From Gemmatimonas sp. (GTDB lineage: Bacteria; Gemmatimonadota; Gemmatimonadetes; Gemmatimonadales; Gemmatimonadaceae), in NCBI GenBank assembly GCA_965279375.1, contig OZ257156.1:1568001-1632000 (forward strand): a stretch of 64,000 nucleotides of DNA, written 5' to 3'. The translations under genes and the position numbers were made by a program. Positions 1 to 11,400 of the stretch are shown here, one piece after another; positions within the stretch are counted from its first letter, which is position 1, and every line of letters starts with the position of its first letter. Below the pieces are notes generated by a model that saw only the letters and a list, made by a program, of their open reading frames with translations, had not been told where the DNA came from and searched no databases.

Positions 1-1
1 G

Positions 2-3000
2 GGCAGTCCGGGCGATTCCACCTCACAGGCACTCGCACACGCACCGGCACCGGCGCAGGTGCACGGGCCGTCCGCCATGGAGTCGATCGCGGAGCCAAGC
101 ACTGCTTCGACGCTGAGCGATGCTGCGGCCGTTGGGACTGCGGAATCATCAGCAGTCGTCCCCACGCGCGCGTCCTACGTGTCCGCAAGCGCATCGCCGA
201 AGTCGTTTCCGCTCAGCGTGTCAGGAATCTCCGCGCCCCTGACGGTGAGCGCGAACGACCATATCGGCGTACAGCGCGCGCTTGGCGATCTGCGGGTGGA
301 TCTCGGACGAGTCACCGGCGCCGAGCCGCTGCTGCGCGTCGCTGCTGGTGCGGCGCCCGACTCGATCGTCGGCGGCGCGATGGTGATCGTCGGCACCATT
401 GGACACAGTACGCTGATTGATCGACTCGTGCGCGAACGCAAACTCGATGTCCGCTCTATCACCGGGAAGTGGGAGACATTTCTCACGCAGACGATCGAGC
501 GACCACTTCCCGGAGTTGCGCGCGCGCTGGTGATTGCGGGCAGCGACAAGCGCGGCACGATCTACGGCATCTACGATCTGTCGGCGCAGATCGGTATGTC
601 ACCGTGGTACTGGTGGGCGGATGTCCCTGTCGTGCGTCGCACACAGCTGCATGTCGCGGCCGGCGTCCACACGCAGGGCACGCCGGCGGTGAAGTATCGG
701 GGAATCTTCATCAACGATGAAGCGCCGGCGTTCTCCGGGTGGGCCCGCGAGCAGTTCGGCGGCATCAATCACAAGGCGTACGAGCGTGTCTTCGAGCTGC
801 TGCTGCGGCTCAAGGGCAACTACCTGTGGCCCGCCATGTGGGGCAGCGCCTTTGCCGATGACGACTCGCTCTCTGCTCGGCTCGCCGACGAATACGGCGT
901 CGTGATGGGCACGTCGCATCACGAGCCGTTGACGCGCGCGCAGGCGGAATGGCCACGCTATGCCAAAGGAGAATGGAACTACGAGCACAACGACTCCACG
1001 CTGCGCGCGTTCTGGCGCGGTGGAATCGAGCGGATGGGCACGCGCGAGAACATCGTGACCGTTGGCATGCGCGGTGATGGCGATATGCCGATGACCGAAG
1101 GGAGCAACATCGCGCTGCTGCAGCGCATTGTGTCCGATCAGCGCGCCATCATCGCTGATGTCACGCGAAAGCCCGCGTCGGCGACGCCGCAGATCTGGGC
1201 GCTCTATAAGGAAGTGCAGGACTACTACGACAAGGGCATGCGCGTCCCGGAGGACGTCACGCTCCTCTTCTCGGATGACAACTGGGGCAACATTCGTCGT
1301 TTGCCCACCGCGAAGGATCGCGGCCGAAGCGGTGGCTTTGGCGTGTACTACCACTTCGACTACGTTGGTGGCCCGCGCAACTACAAGTGGCTGAATACCA
1401 ATCCCATTGCGCGCGTTTGGGAACAGCTGAATCTCGCGTATACGTCGGGCGCTGACCGGGTGTGGATCGTGAATGTTGGCGATATCAAGCTGATGGAGTA
1501 CCCGATCCAGTTCTTCCTCGACTATGCGTGGAACCCTTCTGCAGTCCCCGCGTCGCGCCTCCCCGAGTACGGCACGCAGTGGGCCGCGCAACAGTTCGGC
1601 GAAGAGCAGTCAGCGGAGGTCGGCGCCATCATCCGTGAGACGCTGCAGCTCATCGCGCGCCGCAAGCCCGAATTGCTCGATGTGGATACGTACAGTCTGT
1701 TGAACTTCGGGGAGTCTGATCGTGTGCTGGCCGAGTATGCCTCGCTCGAGGCGCGCGCGGATAGCGTGATGCGCAAGCTTCCCTCAACGCATCGTGATGC
1801 CTTCTATCAGCTGGTGCAGCATCCGCTGCAGGCCGCGGCCAACATCACAGAGCTGTACGCCACCGTGGCGCGCAATCGCCTGTATGCGCAGCAGGGGCGT
1901 GCGGCGACGAACATGCTCGCCGATCGGGCGCGCATGTTGTTTGAACGCGACGCGGAGATCTCGCGGAAGTACAACACCGAGCTGTCCGGCGGGAAATGGA
2001 ATCACATGATGGATCAGACCCACATCGGCTACACGTACTGGCAGGAGCCGCCGCGCAACACGATGCCTCGCGTGGATGTGATCCAGCTGCCACTGGCCGC
2101 AGGTATGGGCGTGGCCGTCGTGGAGGAGAATCGGCCGCCGCTACCGTCGCGGAACGGTGGAGGTCCGCCGGGAGGCGTTAGCGCACGCGCATTGGCGATG
2201 CCTCCGTTCGATCCGTATCAGCAACAGCGGCACGCGTTCGACGTGTACAATCGCGGACAGACTCCGTTCGAGATGTCGGCACGCAGCGATGCGTCGTGGC
2301 TGGTCATCTCACCGTCGAGCGCGACGGTGCGCACGGAGCAGCGAGTCACAGTGCAGGTTGATTGGAGCAAGGTTCCAACGGGCACACAGCGCGCCTCCAT
2401 CATGATCACCGGCCCGTCTGGCGCAACAACCGTGGTGCAAGCGGTTGTGAACAATCCTGCCACGCCGCGTCCTGCGGACGTGCGTGGCTTTGTAGCGAGT
2501 GCCGGCATCGTATCCATGGAGGCAGAGCATCGTACGCGCACCGTGAACACCAGCGATGTCACGTGGGAAGTGATCCCTGGCCTCGGACGCACGCTCTCAG
2601 GCATGCACGTGATGGCCGCGACTGCGCCGAGCCGTCTGCCGTCGGCCGCGAGTGCTCGCCTCGAGTACGACGTGACGGTGTTCGACTCGGGGACGGTTTC
2701 GATCCAGACCTATCTGTCGCCGACGTTGAACGTCACGGGCGCCGCCTCGGGACTACGGTACGGGATTTCCATCGACGACGAAGCACCACAACTTGTGAAC
2801 ATCACGGCGGATTCGTCGAATGGCGCGTGGGAACGAGCGGTGGCGAACAACGCGCGCGTGCATGTCACGAAACATCGGGTGGCGACGGCCGGCGTGCACA
2901 CCATCAAGTACTGGTTTGTCGATCCTGCAGTCGTGCTGCAGAAGCTCGTGCTGTCGTTTGGTGAATTGCCACAGAGCTATCTCGGACCACCAGAGAGTTT

Positions 3001-3037
3001 CCATCGCGCCGGAGTCGGCGGGGGAGAGAAGCGATGA
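2..3037 (+). CDS. Glycoside hydrolase family 115 (xylan alpha-1,2-glucuronidase); probably 5'-truncated by the window edge
   Basis: GH115 motifs IAGSDKRGTIYGIY, VKYRGIFINDE, GNYLWPAMW, GTSHHEP, GMRGDGD, DDNWGN, YYHFDYVGGPRNYKW, WIVNVGDIK. The frame is open from position 2, so the true start may lie upstream. Confidence 0.93.
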   Translation, partial: GSPGDSTSQALAHAPAPAQVHGPSAMESIAEPSTASTLSDAAAVGTAESSAVVPTRASYVSASASPKSFPLSVSGISAPLTVSANDHIGVQRALGDLRVDLGRVTGAEPLLRVAAGAAPDSIVGGAMVIVGTIGHSTLIDRLVRERKLDVRSITGKWETFLTQTIERPLPGVARALVIAGSDKRGTIYGIYDLSAQIGMSPWYWWADVPVVRRTQLHVAAGVHTQGTPAVKYRGIFINDEAPAFSGWAREQFGGINHKAYERVFELLLRLKGNYLWPAMWGSAFADDDSLSARLADEYGVVMGTSHHEPLTRAQAEWPRYAKGEWNYEHNDSTLRAFWRGGIERMGTRENIVTVGMRGDGDMPMTEGSNIALLQRIVSDQRAIIADVTRKPASATPQIWALYKEVQDYYDKGMRVPEDVTLLFSDDNWGNIRRLPTAKDRGRSGGFGVYYHFDYVGGPRNYKWLNTNPIARVWEQLNLAYTSGADRVWIVNVGDIKLMEYPIQFFLDYAWNPSAVPASRLPEYGTQWAAQQFGEEQSAEVGAIIRETLQLIARRKPELLDVDTYSLLNFGESDRVLAEYASLEARADSVMRKLPSTHRDAFYQLVQHPLQAAANITELYATVARNRLYAQQGRAATNMLADRARMLFERDAEISRKYNTELSGGKWNHMMDQTHIGYTYWQEPPRNTMPRVDVIQLPLAAGMGVAVVEENRPPLPSRNGGGPPGGVSARALAMPPFDPYQQQRHAFDVYNRGQTPFEMSARSDASWLVISPSSATVRTEQRVTVQVDWSKVPTGTQRASIMITGPSGATTVVQAVVNNPATPRPADVRGFVASAGIVSMEAEHRTRTVNTSDVTWEVIPGLGRTLSGMHVMAATAPSRLPSAASARLEYDVTVFDSGTVSIQTYLSPTLNVTGAASGLRYGISIDDEAPQLVNITADSSNGAWERAVANNARVHVTKHRVATAGVHTIKYWFVDPAVVLQKLVLSFGELPQSYLGPPESFHRAGVGGGEKR

Positions 3038-4797
3038 ATGCGAGCATGAAGGTGCGTGGCACAATCGCCGCGATCGTTGCGACGGCGGTTGCGGCAATCG
3101 GCGCCTGCACCTCGACCGGGGCACCCGCTCCAGCGTCGCCGTCGGCGCAAGTCGCCGGTCGCGTAGCGCAGTTCGACTGGTTCGAGTACACGGGACGTGA
3201 TTCCGTATACGACGCGTTTCCGGCGCGTGCGAACGAATATCAGAATCCCATTCTGGCCGGCTTCTATCCGGATCCAGCGATCACGCGCGTTGGCGATGAT
3301 TTCTATATCGTCAATTCCACCTTCGTCTACTTTCCCGGGATACCGGTCTTTCACTCGCGCGATCTCGTCAACTGGACGCAGATCGGCAACGTGATCGATC
3401 GACCGACGCAGCTCGAGTTCGACACGCTCGGAATCTCGCGCGGTATCTTCGCGCCGACCATCGAGCATCACAACGGCACCTTCTACGTCCTCAACACCTG
3501 CGTCGATTGCGGTGGCAATTTCATCGTCACCGCAAAGAATCCCGCAGGGCCGTGGTCGGATCCGGTGTGGCTGCGCGAAGTGGATGGGATCGATCCGTCG
3601 ATCTTCTTCGACGATGACGGAAAGACGTATGTCATGAACAACGGCCCACCGATCGGCACACCGTTGTACGACGGGCATCGCGCGATCTGGATTCAGGAGT
3701 TCGACCTCGCGCGGATGACGACGACCGGGCCACGCACGTTGATCGTGAACGGTGGCGTCGATCTCTCCAAGAAGCCGATCTGGATCGAAGGGCCACATCT
3801 CCTGCGCAAGGACGGCTACTACTACCTGACCGCGGCAGAGGGCGGCACGGCCGAAGGGCATTCGCAGGTGGTGCTGCGCAGTCGCAACGTGCGCGGCCCA
3901 TTCGAACCGTACGCAGGCAATCCCATCCTTACGCAGCGACAGTTGCCGCGCGATCGTCGCTTCCCAGTGACGTCGGCAGGGCACGCCAATCTCGTGACCA
4001 CGCCCAAGGGCGATTGGTGGGCGATCTTCCTCGCGACGCGACCGTACACGGGCGACTACTACAACGCGGGGCGCGAAACCTTCCTGCTTCCAGTCACGTG
4101 GAAGGATGGCTGGCCGATCATCACTGCGGACACGCAGGCTGTTCCGTATGTGCATCGCAAGCCGGATCTCGCGCCCACGCCGACGCCCAAGTTTCCAACG
4201 CACGGCAACTTCACCTTGCGTGACGAGTTCGACGGACCGGCGCTCGCGCCATACTGGAATCTCATTCGCACGCCCAAGGAACGGTGGTACGACTTCACCA
4301 CGGCGCGCGGTGCACTGACTCTGCGCGCGCGTCACGTCGATCTGGGAGCGTTCCGTCAGCCATCGTTCGTTGGACGCCGCCAGCAGCATACGAATGCCAC
4401 GGCGACGGTCGCCATGCGCTACGCGCCGAGCGTTGATGATGATCGTGCCGGACTCACGGCATTCCAGAACGACAATTTCTATTATCTGCTCGCCAAGACG
4501 GTGGTGAACGGACAGGTCATGGTGCAACTGACTGCGCGCACAGGGCAGTCAGCGCAGGCGCTCAACAACGGGAAGGCGCGCGTACTTGCGTCTGCGCCGC
4601 TGACGTCGACGGGTTCCGGTACGGTGTACCTCCGCATCGTCGCGCGCGGCGCGCGTTACGACTTCTACTACGCCACCGCACCCAACGATTGGCGGCTGCT
4701 CATGGGTGATGTGGATGGCACCGTGCTGAGCACGAAAGTTGCCACAGGCTTCGTCGGTGTGATGTTCGGCTTGTACGCCTATTCCGCGACTCCGTGA
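3034..4797 (+). CDS. Glycoside hydrolase family 43 (beta-xylosidase/arabinofuranosidase), predicted lipoprotein
   Basis: NPILAGFYPDPAI, GIFAPTI, GIDPSIF, WIEGPHL, AAEGGT, GRETFL, C-terminal beta-sandwich ending GFVGVMFGLY; lipobox-like AIGAC; ATGA overlap with GH115. Confidence 0.92.
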   Translation: MNASMKVRGTIAAIVATAVAAIGACTSTGAPAPASPSAQVAGRVAQFDWFEYTGRDSVYDAFPARANEYQNPILAGFYPDPAITRVGDDFYIVNSTFVYFPGIPVFHSRDLVNWTQIGNVIDRPTQLEFDTLGISRGIFAPTIEHHNGTFYVLNTCVDCGGNFIVTAKNPAGPWSDPVWLREVDGIDPSIFFDDDGKTYVMNNGPPIGTPLYDGHRAIWIQEFDLARMTTTGPRTLIVNGGVDLSKKPIWIEGPHLLRKDGYYYLTAAEGGTAEGHSQVVLRSRNVRGPFEPYAGNPILTQRQLPRDRRFPVTSAGHANLVTTPKGDWWAIFLATRPYTGDYYNAGRETFLLPVTWKDGWPIITADTQAVPYVHRKPDLAPTPTPKFPTHGNFTLRDEFDGPALAPYWNLIRTPKERWYDFTTARGALTLRARHVDLGAFRQPSFVGRRQQHTNATATVAMRYAPSVDDDRAGLTAFQNDNFYYLLAKTVVNGQVMVQLTARTGQSAQALNNGKARVLASAPLTSTGSGTVYLRIVARGARYDFYYATAPNDWRLLMGDVDGTVLSTKVATGFVGVMFGLYAYSATP

Positions 4798-5918
4798 CCG
4801 ATAGCCTCATCGCCGCAACGCCTGAGAGAGTACCGCAGTCGAATAGTCGAGGCTTCACGCAGCGCGAGTTCGGCGCGGATCTGTCCGGTCGCGCGGTCGA
4901 ACTCACCACGCTACGGAACGCGTCGGGTGCCGAAGTGTCGTTCCTGTCGCTCGGCGGGATCGTTCAATCGATTCGCATGCCGGATCGACATGGCAGTCTC
5001 GATGAGGTCGTACTCGGCTTCGACGATGTGAACGGATATCTGTGCGACACGCGCTATGTCGGCGCGTTGGTCGGTCGGTACGCGAACCGGATCGCACTCG
5101 CCACCTATCCATCGAACAACGGCGTCGTGCGTCTCGAAGCGAACGAGCCGCCGCATCATTTGCACGGCGGTGTGCACGGCTTTCACTCCAAGCACTGGCA
5201 CGTCGAAACGTTCAAGACCACAACAGTCGTTGGTGCGCGGCTGATGTACGAAAGCCCGGACGGCGATCAGGGGTATCCCGGCGCGCTGTCAGTGGTTGCC
5301 ACGTACACCTTGTCGGACGACAACATCTTCGCCATCGAGTACGACGCCACCACCACTGCAGCGACGCCCGTCAACCTGACGCATCATGCGTACTTCAATC
5401 TGGCGGCGACGAGTGCGGCGACCGTGCTCGACCACTCGCTGCAGGTCTACGCCACGAGATTTCTTCCAATCGATCAGACGTTGATTCCGATCGGTGAGCT
5501 TCGTCCGGTTTCGGGTACGCCGTTCGACTTCACTTCGGCGACGCGCGTCGGCGAACGCATTGGACTGGATGACACGCGCGACGATCAGCTGATGTGGGCT
5601 CGTGGCTATGATCATTGCTACGTGGTGGCGCGAGACGGCAACAGGCTCGCGCGGGCCGCGCGCCTGCATGAGCGCGCGAGCGGGCGAACGCTCGAGATCC
5701 ACACCACGGAGCCCGGCATTCAGGTCTGCACGGGCAACAGCTTTGATGGCACGCAGCCACGACGAGGCGGTAACGGACTTGAGCGGTATGCCGGCATCGC
5801 ACTGGAAACTCAGCACTTCCCTGATTCGCCCAATCGCGCCGACTTCCCGTCAACGATGCTGTCGCCAGGCGATCGCTATCATTCTCGCACGGAGTATCGC
5901 TTTACGGTGAGCGAGTAG
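4794..5918 (+). CDS. galM: Aldose 1-epimerase (mutarotase)
   Basis: GRYANRI, HLHGG, GYPG, NLTHHAYFNL, GYDHC, ALETQHFPDSPN; GTGA overlap with GH43. Confidence 0.92.
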   Translation: MTDSLIAATPERVPQSNSRGFTQREFGADLSGRAVELTTLRNASGAEVSFLSLGGIVQSIRMPDRHGSLDEVVLGFDDVNGYLCDTRYVGALVGRYANRIALATYPSNNGVVRLEANEPPHHLHGGVHGFHSKHWHVETFKTTTVVGARLMYESPDGDQGYPGALSVVATYTLSDDNIFAIEYDATTTAATPVNLTHHAYFNLAATSAATVLDHSLQVYATRFLPIDQTLIPIGELRPVSGTPFDFTSATRVGERIGLDDTRDDQLMWARGYDHCYVVARDGNRLARAARLHERASGRTLEIHTTEPGIQVCTGNSFDGTQPRRGGNGLERYAGIALETQHFPDSPNRADFPSTMLSPGDRYHSRTEYRFTVSE

Positions 5919-6981
5919 CCGCGGGCTCACTGTTCTCGCGCTGGGCTTCGGTGGTCACGCCGCACGTTGGGCAGTACTGGAAGAAGGCGTTCTTGTGCGT
6001 GCCGCAGCTCTGGCAATCATCGTACAAGTGCAGGCCGCAGTACACACAGAACGATGAGGGCGCAGCAGGCGCACCGGCGATCGGGCGCTCGCACCCCGGG
6101 CAGACCTTGTTGTTCATGCGCTGCAACGCCAGCTCGAAGCCAAGATGGCGACGGCGTTCGCTTTCGGTCTGCTGCTCGATCAGGCGGCGCTTCTCGAGAA
6201 AGCGCTTCATCGCGCGCACGGCTTCACGCGCTACGAGCGCTGTGAGAATGATCCCCACCCCGTAGCGCACATAGCCGCCGTAGCTCGGCAGATACGGCAC
6301 CAGCTCGACGAAGAACGTGAAGGCCGAGAAGATCACGACGCCGCGTGCGAGCGGCCAGTACTCGCTCTTGCGCTTGCGGCGAATCAGCCACGCCGACAAC
6401 GCGAGCAGTGGCAGCGTAAGCGCGAGTCGGATACCGAAGACTCCCATCTCCTGCCGAAAGAGCGCCTGCTGGAAGCGCGATTCCACCGCATCGGTGCGCT
6501 TCTTGTCTGCGAGATCCTGCGCTGACAGTGCCTGGTTGACGTCCAGGAGGCGCGCGTCGAGCTGCTCGATGTCGCGCTGCGCACCGCGTGCGCTCGCGCC
6601 CAGCGTGTCGAGGGAGCGCGTACGCTGGATGACTTCGGGATCCTGCTTGGGATCGGTCGTCGCGGTGCGTGCAGCGACCCACGCCTCGAACTCGGTGCGC
6701 GCCGCGCTGTAAGCTTGCTCGGTGGACTGCGCGAGCAGTCGGGAGCGCTCTTCCTGCGCGGTGATCTCGCGCTGCAGATTGTTCAGCGAATCGCGGCGTG
6801 CACGCGCGTTCTGCACTTCCGCTGGCGCCATGAACTGCTCGCGCGTGAGCGACTGCGAGACGCCCGGCAGATCGGCGATGATCCGTCCACCCAGTCCGCT
6901 GAGAAAGCCTGCGAATGCCACGGAAACTAGCCACATCGCGATGGCGAAGAGTCGTTCCGGCACCCACAGGCTTTTCAGCAT
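5902..6981 (-). CDS. Membrane protein with coiled coil and C-terminal double zinc ribbon
   Basis: N-terminal TM, ~140-aa coiled coil, 3 TM helices, then CPGC, CVYC, CQSC, CPTC. Confidence 0.75.
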   Translation of the reverse strand: MLKSLWVPERLFAIAMWLVSVAFAGFLSGLGGRIIADLPGVSQSLTREQFMAPAEVQNARARRDSLNNLQREITAQEERSRLLAQSTEQAYSAARTEFEAWVAARTATTDPKQDPEVIQRTRSLDTLGASARGAQRDIEQLDARLLDVNQALSAQDLADKKRTDAVESRFQQALFRQEMGVFGIRLALTLPLLALSAWLIRRKRKSEYWPLARGVVIFSAFTFFVELVPYLPSYGGYVRYGVGIILTALVAREAVRAMKRFLEKRRLIEQQTESERRRHLGFELALQRMNNKVCPGCERPIAGAPAAPSSFCVYCGLHLYDDCQSCGTHKNAFFQYCPTCGVTTEAQRENSEPAATRSP

Positions 6982-6989
6982 CTACTACC

Positions 6990-8363
6990 TCACTTGAATG
7001 TCACTCGCTCGATGCGCGTGATGGTTCCTTCGCGCGCGCCCAAGAATACTACGCCGCCGGCTCCGAATCCGACGAGGGTGCGATCGGGAGGCAACTGCAC
7101 GCGCTGCGTCACGACGCCTTTGCCGTCGATCAGGTCGTACACCAGACCGCCGGGAGCGGGCTTGGTCGAGGTCGTCTGCACCCAAAGCCGTCCGTCCATG
7201 TCCGCGCGCACGCCGTTGGAGAAGAAGGGAGGCTGGTAGTCGGGCAGCTCGTTCGGTGACACATACGAAACGTTGATCTTGGGGGCGGTCATCGCGCCCG
7301 CAGGCGCACTTGCACCCGGCGGACCGGAACCCGGCGGGCCACCGCGCACTTCGAAGCGCATCGTGGGCGCGCCGCCAGCGGGTGCCGCGCCACCCGCGGG
7401 CACTGCGCCACCCATCGCTGCGCTGATGGCGGCCATGCCGCCCTGGCCCGGCGGTGCCGCTGCGATCATGCGATCGCGCTGGGCCTTCACCGAATCGATC
7501 AACGCCGCCTTCTGCTCATCGCTCAAACGCTTCCAGTCGAAGGCGATCTTGGGAGACGTGCTGCGTACGCCGTCGGGCGTCATCCACTCAACGTGATAGT
7601 CTCGGCCACGCACGACTGCGATCGTGCCATCAGAACGCATGGCCCATTCATCGACGACGGGGAGAGGGTTCACCTCGATGTTGATGGACATGCTGCCATC
7701 GTCGCCTCGGGACACCTGTGTGCTCGTCTTGGGAATCTTCACGAACGCGACCGTGTCCACTTTGCGCGTGGCGATATCGACGCGCACGATTGCCATCGTA
7801 TCAGGCACTGCGGGTGCCGCGATGGCACCGGACGCGCCGGGCGCACCGGGCCCCATGCGCATCTGTACATTGGGACTACCGCGATAGACCAGATGGCCAA
7901 CGCCGTCGTAGGCAGCGCCGCCAAACACACTGCCGGTCAACATCATCGCGTCCTGCGCGCGCGGCACCGACATCACGCGCCCGATCTTTCCGTTCGGATC
8001 GATCACGAGCATCGAGAGTGATGCCGCATCGACGAACAGTGTCGAGTCGCCGCGGAACGGAATCAGTGTTCCGGAGCGCGGGCCGTACGCATTGGCCGTG
8101 CTGCTGGTGGAGTCCGCAACCACCGCCACCGTCTTGAGTGTGGAGTCGAGGAGCAGCACGCGACGATTGGTGGCGTCGTTCACCAGCAGACGACCGCCAG
8201 GCAGTCCGCGCACGTTGGTGATGCTGCCGAGTGAGTCGGTCGTGGAAGCGAGTGCCGCACTGACGGGCACGATATCCGGGCGAGTCTGCGCAGGCAGTAC
8301 AGCGGGAAGAGCGACCGCGCCGAACAGCAGCGCAGGCATACCAACGAGTCTGTGAGTGGTCAT
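6990..8363 (-). CDS. Secreted hypothetical protein, probable 6-bladed beta-propeller with a Gly/Ala/Pro-rich insert
   Basis: Signal peptide, short beta-rich repeats (GRLLVND, DGTIAVV, ADMDGRLWV), low-complexity insert; co-oriented downstream of the barrel gene. Confidence 0.6.
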   Translation of the reverse strand: MTTHRLVGMPALLFGAVALPAVLPAQTRPDIVPVSAALASTTDSLGSITNVRGLPGGRLLVNDATNRRVLLLDSTLKTVAVVADSTSSTANAYGPRSGTLIPFRGDSTLFVDAASLSMLVIDPNGKIGRVMSVPRAQDAMMLTGSVFGGAAYDGVGHLVYRGSPNVQMRMGPGAPGASGAIAAPAVPDTMAIVRVDIATRKVDTVAFVKIPKTSTQVSRGDDGSMSINIEVNPLPVVDEWAMRSDGTIAVVRGRDYHVEWMTPDGVRSTSPKIAFDWKRLSDEQKAALIDSVKAQRDRMIAAAPPGQGGMAAISAAMGGAVPAGGAAPAGGAPTMRFEVRGGPPGSGPPGASAPAGAMTAPKINVSYVSPNELPDYQPPFFSNGVRADMDGRLWVQTTSTKPAPGGLVYDLIDGKGVVTQRVQLPPDRTLVGFGAGGVVFLGAREGTITRIERVTFK

Positions 8364-8412
8364 GGTTGTCTGTATGAAGAATGCAGCGTAGAAAGAGTCG
8401 TTGTTGCTGGCG

Positions 8413-11400
8413 TTATCGCATGATCATGATGGTCTGCGCTCCGCCACCGCCGGCGCCGAACTGCATCGCTCCGCCCATGCCGCCCGGGAGCATGATGCCT
8501 CCGCCGCCACCGGCCGTGCCGGAGCGCACCGATGCGAGGTAGCGCTTGTCGAGCGAGCTGGCGACGAAGGGTGGCAGGCGACGACGCTGCTCCGGCGTGA
8601 GCAGTGCCTGAATGGTCGGTGCGATCTGCATGAGCATGTCGATCGATGCTTCGCGCGAGCGACGATACTGATCGTAGACTCGATCATGATCGTAGCGGTC
8701 GGGCAGCAGCGAGAACTGCTTCATGATCGGCGACCAGATGCTGTCGAGGCGCACCGTGTAGCGGCGGTTCATCGACGCGAGACTGTCCGCCTGATCCGAC
8801 GACAGCTTGAGCGTGTCCTGATCGCGCAGAATCGTGGCCATCGGATTGGGCACGCCACCGTTGCCGAACTGCGCCTTGAGGAGCTGCTCGGTGGGCTTGG
8901 AGCCGCGTGTGGTGCGGCCGCGATCGAGGTTCTGCGTCAGGGCCTGCCGCTCGCGCGTGGGGCCAATGTCGTAGCGCAACATCGCCTGCACCGTCACCGG
9001 CGTACGGAACGTGTTGAATGCCGGGTTGGTCGCACCGAAGCGCTGATTGACTTCGTACTTGTAACGCTGCGTGCTGGCATCGAAGCCGCGCACGTACAGC
9101 AACGATTGGTCAGGGAACGGCGTTTGCCCCCAGCCACGCAACTTGTTCTCGCCGTGCAGCAGCAAATCGGCCGCGCCGAGCGGATTGGAGATGTTGAAGG
9201 AGAGCGTGGCGCGCTGCGGCAGTCGAACCTTCAGCGGATTGAAGGAGATGGACAGATTCGCCGTGGACGTCCACGGGCCTTGGCAGCTGTTGCGCGCGGC
9301 GATCGTACCGGCCTGACGCGAGAGACAGTCACGTGCGGCACGCGAGCCGCTCGCCAACAGCGCCTGCATGCCGGCGGCGACCGCCGGGTCGGACGCGGTT
9401 GTGGGCGTATAGATGAACGCCCGATCGTTCGTGAAGCCATCGCCGTTGATGTCGCCGGCAACCGTCGGTGTGAAAGGCGTGCCCGAGCGGAATTGGCCGA
9501 ACCAGCCGATGCGAATGAGGTCGAACGCGTTGTACGACAGATTGTAGATGAGCTGATGACGCGAGTCGAAACTGGAGCGGCCCCACTCCACGCCGGTCGG
9601 ATTGCCGGCGGTGCTGCTGAAGCCGCGGAATTGTTCACGCACGTTGCTGTACGTGTAGTTGAGGCTCCAGCTGAAGTTGGTGCTGAAGTTCATCGGCGAC
9701 AGACGCAGGCTGAGCTGTCGGCTCATCGAGTTGAGATCGGAGCGCTGCTCGGTGACGCGACCAAACGCCTGCGCCACTCGCGCGTCGCCCGCTGCGATGG
9801 CACCCGTCAACGGCACGATGCTCGTCGGCAGCACGAACACCGGCCGCTGCCCCTCGTTGCCCAATGCGAAGCGCTGCACGGCCGCAAAGTTGCGATCGAC
9901 GATGCTGCCCTGTCGCGTGTTGTACGAGAACGTCCCGTCGATCGTCGCGGTGAATCGATTGCGCAGAATCGGGCCGTTCCACTGCAGGTTGGATCGCACG
10001 CTACTCGGCGCGGCCCAATCCTTCGCGAAGAGCGTGACGTTGGGGGCGCTGTTGTTGAACACCGTTCCACCGCTGCCGTTGGCGCAGGTGGAGGGAATAC
10101 GCGACGGATCGACGTACGACGCCCAGTCGGCGGTCGGTGTAGCGGGACCGACGCAGATCAGCTGCTGAATCGCGCCGGGGAGTCCCGTGTTGTCGATGGC
10201 GCTGCCGACAAGTGCAGCCTGCGGCGTGTTCTGGAAGACGCCAATACCGCCGCGTACGACGGCGCGCGGACCGCGGAACGCACCTTCGAACGCACCGATC
10301 TGCGCCCCAGTGCCGTACGTGTACGCAAATCCGAGTCGCGGGCTGATGTAGACGCCATTGGGCACGCGATCGTTGCGTACGCCGAAGACGCGCTCGATCT
10401 CCGCGTTGCGAGACGGCGTGTCGAGGAAGCGATTGGCATCGAGACGCACGCCGTACTGGAGCTGCAGATTGCTCGACTTGCGCCACGAGTCACCGAGTGA
10501 GAACGCGCCGATGGCGATGTTCGACTGACGACTGCGCGGAATGAGCGTGCGCGTGAACGACGACGGCAGCCCTGCCTGCAGATCGGCAAGCGAGTTGTAG
10601 TTGAACGTGCCGAGGCGATTGATCGTCTGATCCTGCGAGTTGCCGTCGAGGCGCGCCTCGGCGCTGAACTTGAGACGGTGCTTGTTGTTGGCGCTGAACC
10701 ATGAGAGCGTGTTGAGCGCGTTGAGGCTGGTGCTGCTCTGCGAGGTACCCAGGAACTGATTGCCGCCAAACGACAGCGACTGCACACCGCTCGTGCCATC
10801 CGCGAACGTCGAGTTCACGCGCACGCGGCCGCCGGGGAGATTCACGTATGGCGTGCCGTCGTTCTTGCTGCCGCTCAGGCCGACGGACGTCTCTGTCAGC
10901 ACGCCGATGCCGCGCAGCGTGAAGTAGCCGCTGTGTCGCCCCTGCACGCCGCCGTTCAGGCTGGTGCGATCGCCTGCAGCCGTCGGAAGTGAGGTGGTCA
11001 GCGATGTCGCCGGATCCTGCTTGTTCCAGCTTCCGTTGAACGTCAGGTTGAGCGCCTGCCCGCTATTGGACGTGGGCGGCGTGAAGTCGATCGCACCGAA
11101 GAGCGATCCCTGATCGCTCAGCCGGCTGCCGGGCAATCCGCCGAAGCTGGTCGGCACACGACCGTTCTGCAGCAACGACACGAGGCGCTGGACGGAGTCC
11201 GATGCGATGCCCGAGGTCTGCAGGCCGGTAGGATTGGTGTTGAGCAGCGTGAGGAGATCGCTGCTGCGGCGCCCGAGCTGATACGACACGTTGTAGAACG
11301 CCTTGTCGATCACCAGCGGGCCGGAGACCGAACCGCCTAACGACAGGTTGCTGAACTCCTGTCCGAGTGCGCGCGCCGCGCGATCGGTCCACTGCAGCGC

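Noticed and set aside
2977..4527. 516-aa minus-strand ORF
   Set aside because: Antisense shadow of GH43.
8401..10500. 699-aa plus-strand ORF
   Set aside because: Antisense to the barrel gene, Arg/His-rich with no motifs; a high-GC artefact.
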